Assembly (NCBI GenBank): GCA_951406725.2
Contig: OX597816.1
Span: 130,076,001 to 130,140,000, forward strand
Source: Octopus vulgaris
Taxonomy: Eukaryota
Reading direction: 5' to 3'
DNA: 64,000 bases
Shown: piece after piece, positions 23,829 through 37,916 of the stretch
How positions within the stretch are numbered: the first letter of the stretch is position 1
Layout: every line of letters begins with the position of its first letter
Translations under genes and position numbers: made by a program
Notes under the pieces: model-generated
What the model was told of the DNA's origin: nothing
Databases searched by the model: none
What the model saw: the letters and a program-made list of their open reading frames with translations, nothing else

Positions 23829-26800
23829 AAGAGCTAAGATGAAGATATAAATATGGATATAAGGTGAACTTTCTCTTATGGAGTTATATACACAATGTAT
23901 ATGTTGAAATTTGTGAGTCTAGAATTATAAAATGCTTTAACTTTAATGAAAAAAAATGTAGAACTGTGGTTCATTTATATGTGTATTTACCATAGAAAAT
24001 GTTTTCATTCTACATTATTCTTTTAATGAATGGATTTATTATGGCCAGGTCCCAACCCGGGCCAAATGAATATGGATTTTTGTTTTCTTTGAAAGTGATT
24101 AAATCTCTTACAAATATTCTAAATTGTAATAGAGTTATACATAAAATGCTGAAAAAGTTGGTCATGGTACCTGAATCAAGTCTACAATTTTAATAGACAA
24201 GAAGAAGAAAAAAAAAAATCAAGAGAAGCTATAGAATATGCAAATTATAATATAATGAATAACATTTCTGAAATTTTAGATGACCAAAATAAATTAGAAT
24301 TTAAAAGAAAAAAAGAAATTATGCATACAAATTTGTTTTTAAAAATTGTAATATTTTTGTAACTATGGAAGTTTTCATCAGAATACTGAAAATAACCAAA
24401 AGCCAACTAAAGCCTCTGAGTAGGTTATGACAGTATGAAAAGGCATATAAAATGTATTGTTGAAAAGCTCTCAATTTCAAACAGATGACTCGACTATGTC
24501 GAAAAAACAAACACACATAATATTTTATTAGCTTGCTATCATCACATAGACCTGACTGAATTTCCAAAGAGCTATGACATCGGGTTGGTGGTATTGTGAC
24601 ATTTATAGCAAGCTTTACAATTGTTTTAATTTTGAAGCCAAATTGTAAATTGTCTTATTTTACTTCATTAGAGATTCTTTTGCTCACATTTAAATATACA
24701 AATCACAAATATATTCAAATATCCACTTTATGGCCTATGGTGGGAATGAAAGCTAGAGGTGATAAATACTAAAATAAGCTTTGTGCTCAACTTGGCAGTA
24801 ACATGAAAAATATAAAGAAAACTAATTCTTTGAAAGTGTTTTGAATAAATTACAAGGTATTTTTAATGAGTGATTTCATTTTAGCATTGTCCACAACTTT
24901 GTTTTTCTGGAGTAAATCTTAAGAGTGATAAACAGGAAGAAAGTTGTAGTTTTCTTAGAAAAATAGGAGTCTTTTTAATGAATTTGACTATAGAATATGA
25001 CTGAAAATAAAAGATGAAATAAACATCACTAAGATGTGCAGTGCCTAAACCCCAAATTTTTAAATACAATTATGATTTTCTAGTTATATCAAAAATAAGC
25101 AAAAAATTGCATATAACTGTATGCAAATATAGTTGATTATAATATTTAAAGTTCAAAATAAATATATTTTCCAATTCAACTTCAATGAATAAGCAACACA
25201 ATGCATTAAATAACATGCTTCAAATGCTTACAGCATGCCTACCTTATAGGTCAAAAGAGTTAGTGAGGGAGGGAACAAATTAAAATATATCAGTATTATG
25301 ACTAGAAAATCATAACAAAATGTGGGGTTAACTGGAACTCAAGTTTAATACAATTGCAGGTTATTCAATATTTAAACAGCCCAATGTCAGTAGAGAATAT
25401 AAGTTTAAATAACATGATACAATCACAATTGTTTCAAATTTTAGTGAATCTGAATGTCAGAAACTATTAATTACAACAATCAAACAAAGCAATAGCTCTG
25501 AGATATAGATAAAGAGAAACTGATCAAATAAAATTTATCAATAGAATACATCAGTTTCTAATAAATATTTTTTTTAAAAAGCATTTTAAATAGCAGATAC
25601 ACAAATTTGGTCCTTCTCATAATATTAACAATTTCATTTTGGAAAAAAAAATCAAAAAAAAAAAGAAAGAAAGAAAGAAAAATCCCAAAACAGGTTTAAT
25701 CAAAGCATTTGCACCTAGAGGTTATCCTAAGCTATAGACTTACTAAAATTCAAGAGTGAAATACCAGAACACAATACAATTCAAATGCAAAAGAACCCAT
25801 ATCATATTCAAAGAAATGGAGAGAAAAAATAAAAGGCTAAATGAAATCTATTTTTCTCTCAGCTTAATCTGTCTCTGCAACAAAGCTGCTACATTAAAGA
25901 ATTTTCTGGTAGCCCAACTATAACTGAAATAACATTAACAATCCAACCAAAAATTCCCTATTCCCTTTATATACAAACAGCAACTAAAGACAGATTTCTG
26001 CTTCACTATCTAACATCAGCTTAATGCAGAGAGTAATAAATAAACAAATCCAGTTGTACGGATATTATAGACTTCTAAGTTATCCTATAGCAAAGTTTCC
26101 ACTTGCATAGATCATATTGGTGTTAATTGTCTTTTACACAACTAAATGTAATGATTAACTAATACAAAACATTGCTTGAAACACTTAACCTTATAAAATT
26201 TAAGAAAAAAAATTGTTTAAATGTTTGAAATCTAATTTCAGTTAAGTAATTCAAAATTTAACAATACAGAAGGGAAAATATCAGAACAAAACAAAACTCA
26301 AAGAATTTACAAATAGGTAAGCCATTTCCATATATTTTTAATATATAAGCTTGAACATTAGTTTACAAGCCATATTTTTACATTTGAATCAGCTATTGTC
26401 CTATTGTTTCATTGAGTATCAGATCAAAATTCCATTCAATCTTTTACTGTTTCTTTAATTTTTGACAAAATGTAAAATTTTAAAGAAAAAAAAACAACCT
26501 TTAGAATGAGCCCATCTAATAGGAAGCAATGTCATAAGAACAAGAGATATATTTGACAGTTAAAGAAATTTTAAATGTAAATAGTATTTTTTTTTTAAAT
26601 GTAATGCTCACAAAATCATCAAAATGTCAACTCTATAGCTATGATGTCTTAGAAATACTTGTTTTTTGATAAAGTGGTAAAACTTTATTATAAACACATT
26701 TAATGAGAGAGACATGATAATTATGATAGAAATAGTAATAAAAATTAAATCAAATAAATCAAATTTTTAGAGATTCTTAAATAGCTTTTCCTAACTAAAT

Positions 26801-28428
26801 GTAAAGAAATTTCCTAAAAGTGTTAGGCAGCTTCAAACAATTAAATACATCTATTCGCATTAAAAAATTAAATAAAATTGAAGTGAAAGTATAATACCAA
26901 AGAAGAATGTAAAACAGGAAATGGAATATTTGATATCTAGGTAGAGTTGTTAAATAGATAATACACTAAATACGGTAAGACATTTCAAACAATTTTGAAA
27001 GCAAATGCAACTAGAATATGACATATTCAATAAATAAAAACTTTAAATTACATTTTTAAAAAATGTAAAGAAATATTTTACAATGTTTTTTAAATTTTAA
27101 GCAAGAGTTAATAAAATAACAACAGATCTGTATTCAATAATTTTTGAAAGTATTAAAAGTTGCCTTATGATAAATATCTCAGCTAGATACTACCATAGAT
27201 TTCAAATGTTTTGTTTTAAGACTGTAAATCTATATCAGTCAGATAAAAATTGTCATCCATTAAGCCAGTGTTATTACAAATTGGAATGTCAATTAAACTC
27301 CAGTAGAGAATAGAGAACACTGAACATTTGTAAATGAATTTAAATGTAAAAAAAGTGTGCATTTGATATTTCAGTGTCTTTGATGCATTTTTTTTTAAAT
27401 ATAACAGTGCACATGTCTGTTTGAATTGTTTGAATACAATCTCTAACACATGTTATAGAAGAAAAATAAACATATAAGGATACACAATAATATGTGTAAA
27501 TTATACTTTGATAGTGAATAAGATTTTCAGGCTTCATCATGTTCTTTTCCACTTACAAAATATACTCTTAATATTAAAACAATTACTTTCCATTAAAAAA
27601 AAAATATATAAAGGATATGAATGTTAGAGTTTTCAGAAAAATATGCTGTGCTGAAAAAAAGAGCAAGGGTGGGGAATCAGGAATTGCCACAATTTTTATA
27701 AATAATAGAGAAAAAAAAACCATCAAGGGAAAGTACACATCTCTAAATAGATGCCTTAAGAATTTTTAGACAGGGAAAAAAATTTGATGTCTATTATAAT
27801 CATATCAATAATAATAATCATATTATTATGATTATTACAGACAGTAAATACTTAAAACCTAAATTAACAGAAGAAATAATAGGCTTCCATTCAGTAAGTT
27901 TTAGAACCCTTATTTCTCAAAAGAATTTTTGTGCTAGCTTATAATAATTAACTCCCGCATAATCCAGAATGTTTAAAAGAAAAATTCAAAGTTGATTTTC
28001 ATGAGAATGTATTGAATAAGTTGTCAGAAACAAATTAAATAAAACCAATATAAAATCAATATTTAAAACACTGTCATGGTGTTCACAGATTTGATAATTT
28101 ATCAAAACAATATCACAGTAAAAATAAATGACTAGTAAAAAAAAAAATTCTGAATACATTTTCATTTGAATCAATTTCAACTCTGAAATCTAGGTTTGAA
28201 GTTTGTTGTATATTTGATATTTTAGGCAGATTCTAAAATTAAAGAAAAATTTAAATAAGTTTAAATCATGTAATTGATATTTTAAAACCAAAATTTTGAA
28301 AAAAGATTAATATTCAAAATTTTAAAAACATGTTTTTTTAAATGTGTTTATTTATTGTTGTTATTTAGAAATGTGTCAATTCCCAAGACCTGAAGCAAAT
28401 AAGCCCTTTGAGTGAGCAGCTATTCCCT
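17018..28428 (-). other. MEIOC: Putative ~11.4 kb 3'UTR of MEIOC
   Basis: Contiguous with the stop codon; no recognisable SINE/LINE/MITE in 11 kb; visible A>T skew on + (U-rich RNA); no credible ORF. Confidence 0.5.
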
Positions 28429-28757
28429 TTAAGAGGCATTTGGTACTGGATTTGTGGTAAGAGAAACAGATTTATGAAGACCCGACATGGAGTTGGATGG
28501 AACTCTAATACTGTTACTGAAAGCATTTTTCAGTTGCAGCATTTGTAAATTTACAGCTGTTTTATTGACTATATTGTTCATCTTTCTATCACCAGCAGAA
28601 CTAAAGTCATTGGAGAAGTATTGTGGTTGCTCAATTATTCCATTTTTAGAAATTATTGAGTTGTTTCCAGCAATCTGGAGAGCACACCAACAGGTAGTTC
28701 GAGCCTTTCTAGTAAGTAGAGTTAGCTCACGAATGCTAGTAGCAAGTGCAAGAATAT
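28429..28757 (-). CDS. MEIOC: MEIOC coding exon 8 (last)
   Basis: tttttag| acceptor, phase 1; DILALATSIRELTLLTRKARTTCWCALQ matches recalled MEIOC [28 protein letters not shown]; TAA at 28431-28429. Confidence 0.93.
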
Positions 28758-31455
28758 CTAAAAATAAGAATTAGAAAAAGAGAGACATTTATTTATTGGT
28801 AAGTCCCAAAAATATAAACATTATGAACACAATTTTTAAAACTATGAAGAAGTTAACAAGAACTTAGGTCTGATCAAGAATAAGGAACAAGAAGTTTTGT
28901 GGGGCTTTTTTTTTTAGAGATGAGTAATAGTAATTAACTATTTGAGTGACATGTTAGCTGAAAATCAAGCATTCATGTCAAGAAGATACATTTTTTTAGC
29001 ATCTTCAGAGATAGACATGTCTTGTGTATTGAAACAGATAATTTCTATAATGAACTTACATTCAATTGGTGAGAAAATTATTATTGATTTTGAGTAGAGT
29101 ATTTAGATTGAAGTTATGATCATTGATCCATTTTTTAATGATTATAATCACTGGTAGATCTATCTACTATGCTACTGCATTATAAATAAAATTATTTTAC
29201 TTAGCTTCTATTTCATTGGTCAGCATTAGGGTGTTATAAATAGAAACACTCCAACACCAATAAGCAAGTGTTCAATGTAAATGTGAAAAAGCTTAAAATA
29301 TGGTTTCGAAATTAAACTGAAACACTATATAAAAATTATCTTCAATTAAATAGAGTTAAATAAATAAGAGCACAAGTCAAAAATGATTGATTACAATTCT
29401 AAATCATTGGCTTAAGAGAGTGACTCATTGAATTTCAGCTCACTCTAACATATTGATCAAAAACTAAATGGTAAATAAAATTGTAATGATGGTCAGCTAA
29501 GTATATAGGCCCTGGTCAGCAAAGAGTGAGCAGACCTATGACCAAAAGGTATTACTATCATGAATGTTCCATCTTTTTCGCAAAATGTATATCTAGGACT
29601 AAATTATTTTAAAAACAATATAGTGTAATTTTGAGAGTGATTTGGCTGTTATTACTAGCAAGTAGTGTGACTGTTGACCTGTGCCAATGCTTTTTAACTG
29701 ATGTCTATCTTAAGATTTCTCTTAAAAGAGTGACTCTTAAATTATAATAAAAGCCATTGATCTAAGAGAGTAATCACACTGAAAACCTTTATACTACTGA
29801 GTAAAGACAATGTTAAAAAATGTCCATTGTATAAGTTAGTATTAGAATTATAAATTTTATATACATTTGTTTTACATGAAATAGAAAGAGAGAAAAGAAT
29901 ACCACAGCACAAAACAAATTGTTATGGTACTAATATATAAAAAAAAAACATTTCCACTCTTGATACAAGTAAATGGACATCATATACCTCAGATTGCAAC
30001 AGAAAGCAAATATTGATCTAAGTTGAGAAAATGTCTCTTAAAAAAATCCACAGAATTAAAAATAGATTATGTAAACAACTTAGATTGATTGACTGATATA
30101 GATATTTAACTTTCTTCTATGATAATTTCAAAAATATTTCAACTATTCCATATTTTCTTTGTAAATCACAACTTATTTCTATTTGACTAATTTGATTCTG
30201 TTGCGTAGTATGAGTTAGATACCAAAATAGTCTATTAGTTACTTTTCTTTAAAAAAACCTTCAAGTTGTTCACATTTTCACTCATTCATTTTATACCTGT
30301 TGTTCTATGTTAGCATTGGATAGATGGGGAATTATCTGAGGTAATATTTATGGCCAGATGCTCTTCTTGTAACAACCTTTTCCTGTTTTATAAGTAAAGG
30401 AGATTTTATTCCACTGCTTTGGAAGCACAGAGCAGCAGAATAATGTCTGCTAGGAATACAAATACATTTTATTTTGCTCAATCTCATGAGGAAACTGTAA
30501 ATGAACTTTCATGCATAAAAACACAACCCCTAAACATGGATTTCTATGCCATTTCTGCCCATCAATTTCACTCAAGGCATTAATTGACCAGAAACAACAA
30601 TAGAAGACACACATGGTGCTGCTTTGTGAAACTGAACATAAAACCACATGGTTGTGACGTGGGCTTTTTAATCACACAACTGTGCCTGCACCTATATCTT
30701 ACTATTAACTATAATAAAGATTTAACAATGAATTTGAAAGAAAGAATTTTCAGTTGTGAGATACTATTACAATATTTTAGGAAAGGTATTTGCATTATCC
30801 AGTACACCAGCAATTAGAACCTTATTGCTTATAAATATATGCCATATAATATTTTGAAAAGCACATTCACCATTGTTATTTTCATTGTCCACTTTCCAAC
30901 TTACTAGCATGGAGCAGATGGATATCCTCAGTGATTTTTCTTCATTCATTTTTATCCTTTAAATCCATGAGTGGATGGTTATAACTAGTTGCTTTTCTTC
31001 ATCTATTATCCTTTAAATCTACATCTCCCACATATACCTTATATAGCCAATGGGTTATGTTTTACATATTCGTGTTTATCATTGAAAATCTATATATTGT
31101 ACAATATTATTCACTATCTCCAGCAAATCACCACTGGACTCCATTATCTTTTGCCTTGAACTTCTCTTACTATCACAAGCACACAGAAACATGAAATGCA
31201 TGCCTGAAATTCCACACACTGCTTAGACTCATAGTTGATTCACTATGAGCATATCTGAAATCCCATACATTGAATCTACATAATAAATTACAGTTTACTA
31301 TCCATTATTCTTAGTGAATATGAACAATTTGTTTTTAAATATATAAACATATAAATATTTTGAATAAATTTAGTCAAATTTCCAGTGTTTATAAAAGGTA
31401 TTTTTGAATTTAGTCAATATTTTAAAATCTTTTAGGTAATTCAACATACACTTAC

Positions 31456-31636
31456 CATTGTCATCTTGATGTCTCGGCATTCCACTCTTGTATCTATTAG
31501 CAGCATTTATTATTTCCTCACTACGACAAGCTTGTACTTTACGTATTCCTTCATACCATTTTTCCAAAGTTAAATGAATGTTAAGGTGAAGTAACGTATT
31601 TTTTAGTTTTTCCATTTTATCAATTAATGTTTTTAC
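31456..31636 (-). CDS. MEIOC: MEIOC coding exon 7
   Basis: tttcag| and |gtaag; 181 nt; VKTLIDKMEKLKNTLLHLNIHLTLEKWYEGIRKVQACRSEEIINAANRYKSGMPRHQDDN, coiled-coil domain. Confidence 0.93.
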
Positions 31637-31805
31637 CTGAAATAAATTAGATTGGAAATTTCACAATAAGCATTCCTTTTGGTTTAAATATTTAATTTAG
31701 AAATATTCTCTTCTAATAGAATACATTGTATTGTATGAAATACTAATAACTTTAAAACTAAAGCAAATCAAATCATACAAGTAATTTTTTAAAATGGCAA
31801 AACTA

Positions 31806-31985
<180 letters not shown>

Positions 31986-32307
31986 CTATAAATATGAGAA
32001 ATAAGTGAGAAAAACAACAAATAAGAAAGGAATCAGCTAGGTACACTAAAAATAATTATTTTTCATTAGTTCTAATTTGTTATATACTTGATACATGAAT
32101 AACCGATTTAAGAATGTTTTAGTATTTACATTCATCTAATCAGAACTAAGTGATTACACTTTTAATAATTTAATGATTAAAAATACATTACATAATCACC
32201 AAAATTAACACAAATGAGTTTGCAAGCAACAACAGAAAGTATCACCCATTAACTTAAAATCTATTTAATATTTGTTTTAAAGTAATTAGAAAACAGCAAT
32301 GATTCTA

Positions 32308-32565
<258 letters not shown>

Positions 32566-33690
32566 TCAGTAACATTTGAAGATTAACTTTTTCTGCCTTA
32601 CAATAATATTTTTACTTTAGCAGAAGGCCACAAAGTTATTGAGAATAAAGAAGTTTAGTGAATTGAATTAGTTCCAATACATATTTATTACTAATTTTAT
32701 TGAACCCAGAGGATTTGAACTATGACTGTAGAGGAATGGAACTGACTATAGAAAGTTATTAAGCTCTTCATTCTATTGTTTCTGCCAGTCCCCATACTTG
32801 AGTTAGTATAATAATATTTTTTAACACAAAAACCAGACCAGAAATTTAGAGGGATCAGTCAATTATAATGACACTCAGTGCTTCACAGATATTTAGTTTA
32901 TCAATCTTGAAAGGACTAAAGGCAATGATGATGATTATTATAAGGAACTGAAAATGCAACAAGCAATCTCTCCAGTAACTTAAAGTTAATAGAGAAACTG
33001 TCCTAAAATATTTCCATGCTCCAGAATAGTTCAGGTGATGAACTTGCTACAGTCTTCTTTCTTCCTTATTTTTAACACATTGGATTAAGTAAAATAATAT
33101 ACTGGGTTAATTCAATTCAATAATCCAGTACCAATGTAAAAAGAAAAATACTATATTAAAAATGTCAGATTCAAGATATATGTTACTTCTGTATCATCTT
33201 AATTTTATATTTACTGGGTATTCTGCTTTCAAATAAATTAGCCTAATTTGAGTAGAAGTGGACCATTATCTTAACCCATCAATAATTTTTTTTTCATTTT
33301 GCTTGATAATGAAATTATTTACTATTTGAGAAATTAATTTCGAAATCATCATGTCAGTCTATATAAAAAATGGGCTGAGAATGATAGGTGGCTAATAATG
33401 AAGATTAAAATCCTTGAATTTAATGCAATTAATTTAATACAAGAGAGAAGCAATTAGGTTCTTAGCAATACTCTTTAAGAAAGTTAAGATCATAAAACTA
33501 ATTACTAAAAGTTTCTATGTAGGTAAAAAATATCTTTACAAGCATTAATTTAGACAACAATATAATTTGTATACTTCACATTTTGACAAAAGTCTTAAAA
33601 CTTAGAACTGAGCTATGCCTTTATCAGCTTTCACCAAGCTTATTTACATTTCTTTCCAGTTTCTTACTAAAAAAAATTGTCTTAACTTAC

Positions 33691-35121
33691 CTGTTGTGTC
33701 GATAGCCTGAATAAAGAGGATGAAATCCATATAAATAAGAAGGCATGTCGTAAATTAGATCATTTGGACCAAAAAATGGAGGGAAATAGCTGAAATTTTC
33801 AAGTGGATAAACCTCATGTCCAAAGTTGCGTGGTGTTGGTACCATTTGGTTTGTAGGTAGTGGAGGGGAGTATTTGAGAAATGATGGTTGCCCAATATGG
33901 TTATTGATAATACCCATATCATGCATATAAAAATCATCAGGGTATTGTTGTAAATTATCTGGCCCAAGATCATTTTCTTCAGTTGGAGAGATTCCTCTTT
34001 GACGATAAAAGTCAGTAGATGATAAAGATGTTGGGCTATTAAATCTTTCCTGATTAAACTGATGGTGATCCATAGGCACAAAATCAGCTGCACATGGTGT
34101 AATATTTTCATGTCCGCCAGTATTTTTGGGGAAAGAAATATTTGACCCAATGTTGGTTACGTTTCCATTGCAGTGATCTAACAGTTTAGTTTGTAGAAGA
34201 TGTTGCTTGTTGAGTGTAGCAGCAATCATTGCAATATTATTTTTATGAGGGTATGAGTTTCGCCTTGGAATCTGATGTAAATTTTCAACATTATTAAAGC
34301 CACCATCAATAACATTAGGCAGAGAAGAATTTGACATGTTATGACTACAAAATTTAGGCGGAATTCGACCATAAGAGATCTGATTGGGGATGGAAGAAAT
34401 TTGCTGTTGCACAGGAATAGGAGGGGGTTGACATACAGAATTGTTTCTTTTGTGGAAACTAACATTTTGAGGCTTTGAATCACAATTGAAAGGTTCTCTT
34501 TCATGGCCAGAATTGATCTGAGTAGAAGGCATATGGAATGTCAAATTGTTTTTATTGTTGAACGGATAAGTTTTCTCATTAACATTTACTGCAGAATCTT
34601 GCAAAGGTAAAACATGGCCATTAGATATAGGATAGGTTTTGTTGACTGAAGAATCTACTCCAGGCGACTGTGGTGATTGAATGTTGCTGAAATCTCCCTG
34701 GAAATGAATGAGTGGACTCATTGGAGGCATATCTATTTGTGTGTTATCACACTGTGAAGACTTGTTTTTAGAAAAATTAGAATTTGAGATGTTATGGACA
34801 ATCTCAGAATCTGGAACCAAGTTATTGTTGTTCTGATTGTTGAAGTTTCCAAGAGATCTGGGAGTTGAAAAGCAAGGGTAAGTCAAAGAAGAAGCAATAG
34901 AAACAGAAGTATCAGTGAATAAAGGATCTTCAAAGCTAAAAGTATCCTTGGCACTGAGGTAGGCATCTGATGATTTTGACTCTTGAAATAGAGATGAAGA
35001 ATTAAATTTCTCATCCCAATGAGGTGACGTATTATGTTCAACATTCCCATAATCTGATTCAGTACTGGACCTTATTTGGTTGTTACAAGACCAGACACTT
35101 CCAAGTGACAAACCAGGAGAG
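33691..35121 (-). CDS. MEIOC: MEIOC coding exon 4 (large, S/N/P-rich, probably disordered)
   Basis: 1431-nt open exon, tttttttcag| and |gtaag, phase 2-2, joins exons 3 and 5 in frame; matches ORF 33687-35111. Confidence 0.92.
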
Positions 35122-36589
35122 CTGAAAAAAAATTAAATTCACATAAGAATTGAATTTTGAACAGTGTACATACTAAAAAAAATTTTTAATCAATAAAGCT
35201 CTTAAGTTGGTTCAATTGAACAAATGAACATTTTACCAAGCATATGAATAAAATAAATAAAATTTATAGTTAACTACAAAGCAGAAAAGTTGGATTGGAA
35301 AGCTGAAGATAACAGGTGTAATTTGAAGGAGAGTTGGATGCTGTTTCTAGCAGGTAAAAAAATATAGCAGCTCCTTTGTTGGTTTATGTTCCTTGTAACT
35401 TTAAAAGAGAATAATGGTGACCAAGGTAGTTGATTTCTTAGGCCAAGATATAAAATCAAATTCATTTGGCTTTGCCAGGATGGATTGAAGGATAAATTAG
35501 ATCTTATAAGCTGAATAGGAACAATTATTCCTAAAAATCCTGTTCATAAATGTAGACCAAAGTACAATGGGGCCAATATACATTAAGAAAAAAAAGAAAA
35601 GGAATGATTATGAGATGCTAGCAAAATTCAAGTGCAGAGATGAATGGAAAAAAAACTCATCCATATGGTGTATATATTGAGTAATAATCCTTAAAGTCAA
35701 AACAGAGATAGAGATTGTTCAAGTGAACGTACACAGTTCTTTAGAAGTTTTTTTTTTTTTAGCAAACATGCACAGTTTCAGCTACAAACTTTCCAATATT
35801 GTTCATATTACAAAAAGCCATTTGGATGGACATATACTTAAATTTGGGGAATAAATGAAAAAAACAAAGACTTTGTTTTGTCTCATCTATATGGACAGAA
35901 TGAAGAGAAAATAGATCACATCCAGTGTATGACATCATAAGCTTCTTTTCTTTTCTTGTTGAGATAACAAATATTTCCCTTAAATGAATTGATTCAAAAT
36001 TCAATTCTCATGTGAAATTTATTTTTTTATGACCTTAGTTATGCTCTGACTCTAAATTCATGCTTGCAATATGTTTTACAAAATCATCATCATTATTTAA
36101 TGTCCATTTGTATTCTAAACATTGCTGCAGGTGAGATTCAACCCTGCTTCCCTTAAACCAAATAAATGAAAATTCATGCTTGTTCTGACATTTAAATAAA
36201 TCATATGAAGACAGCTGGAGATCATGAGCCTTCCAATATCTTGGAAGATCAGATAAGTGCTTGTTATATCTGTAGTTAAAAAAAACGAAGCTATGTGTAG
36301 TGTAAAGCATTAGTTAAGTCTGGTAAGTCCTTAATACGATGTAGATCAGAAATAACAATAGAAGCAACGTCATGAGAACATACATACCTACACATCCACA
36401 CATGTACCTATTGAATTCCCTTACTAACAATTGTCATATAGCTGTCTCTTTCTTTAATCTTCCATTCTATCACTCTCTTTCACCTACTGGGAACAAGACA
36501 ACCCCCTGATACTGATGAACAAATGAACAGAGACATTGTAGGGTGGAGTGGACTCTTTAAGCCAGCTAGGCAAAATACAACCTTTCTAG

Positions 36590-36965
36590 TTATGGTGCCA
36601 TGTTAAAATGTACACAATACACTCTCAGGTGGCTAGCAAACAGCAACAATATAAATAGAGAGGACACTTCAGTAATATCAAGAATAAGGTAAACTCTAGT
36701 GTAGGTGTCACAACAAAATGCATCCAGTATACTCTGTAAAGTGGTTGATGAATGAACAGGAGACAGACTTCTTTGTCTGAGTATGTACTGGTGCCATGAT
36801 AAAATACAGTGTACTCTGTTCAGTGGTTGACAATAGAATGAGCATCTAGCCATAGAAAGCAAGCCAAAAACAGGATATAAATGCAAGATGTAGCTGGGTG
36901 AACAAAAAACTGAATTGATTTGTGAAGAGCCAGCCAACCCATACCAGCATGGAAAAGCAGGTGTA
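36590..36965 (+). mobile_element. Old RTE 3'UTR fragment
   Basis: Decayed GGTGCCA..TAAAA..CAC repeat units and terminus CCAACCCATACCAGCATGGAAAAGCAG. Confidence 0.5.
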
Positions 36966-37566
36966 ACTTGAGGATATTAATGGAATTTTTAATGTTATCT
37001 TTTGATCAGCAGTGTTATTGAAACCTTTCAAAACAATCTTAGACTCTCTGAAGATTATATATATTTATTAAGCATAAGATGGAGCACAACATTCTGAATA
37101 CAGTTTATTAAAACTTGAACTATTTATGCCAAAAATAGAGTCTAGTCTAATTATAAAATAAATAATTGACTGCATATCTTGAATATATAAATTTTACATA
37201 TGAATTCAAATATAATAATTGTAAAATTAAGGCACTCTACAAATGGTTATATGGTCATGGGATCAAATTATGTAAGCCCACATAACTAATTTGTTTGGTC
37301 CCAGTCCTGCTTCAAATTTAAGCGATCAGCTGTAGGAAAAATACCAAATTATAAAAATATTTGCTTCAATATATAAGCAAATACTAAAATTAGTAAAACA
37401 AAATATTCCATGCATAATGCAAGGGATAGTAACATAAAATAAAATACATTTTAATGTGCAATATAAAAATATTTTTAAAATTATGAAGTGTTTTTTTTTA
37501 ATGTAATTAAAAACTTTCCTAATATATTATGGTTAACACAGACAATATAAAAATAGGATTACATAC

Positions 37567-37916
37567 CCATCAAAAGAAAACACCCCTGATGTGGACTGTG
37601 AGTGAGTATCTTCACAGTCACCATTGTCATTAAGCAGAGGGTGATCATCATCCACTATCTTGGAAACTAAATCATCAAGGGCAGTTGAACATCGTTCATT
37701 TGAGCAACTACTAAGGCCAAATTTATCAATAAATTTTTCTTGCTCCCATGGATCTTGATTGAACAGCATAAACTGATTGGAATTAGCAAGAGGATCATTT
37801 GATCTATCACAACTCCATTGCTCATTTATATCTGTGTTGATTTGATAATTGTTATTTTCCAGCCATTCATCACCAGAAAATGGCATCTGTAAGGACTCAG
37901 ATAAATTTGGTGTTGC
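37567..37916 (-). CDS. MEIOC: MEIOC coding exon 3
   Basis: tattttcag| and |gtatgt; 350 nt, phase 0-2; ATPNLSESLQMPFSGDEW...ALDDLVSKIVDDD...VFSFD; LVSKIVDD recalls the N-terminal L..LVS.IL[ED] motif of MEIOC. Confidence 0.88.

Noticed and set aside
28487-28774. 95-aa ORF on +
   Set aside because: Antisense shadow of MEIOC exon 8.
33755-34504. Alternative-frame ORFs of 131 and 92 aa
   Set aside because: Off-frame inside MEIOC exon 4, with no motifs or matching splice phase.
36498-36550. Hammerhead-like CTGATGA...GAGACATTGTA
   Set aside because: GAAA is GAGA and no stem II forms; at most a dead relic.
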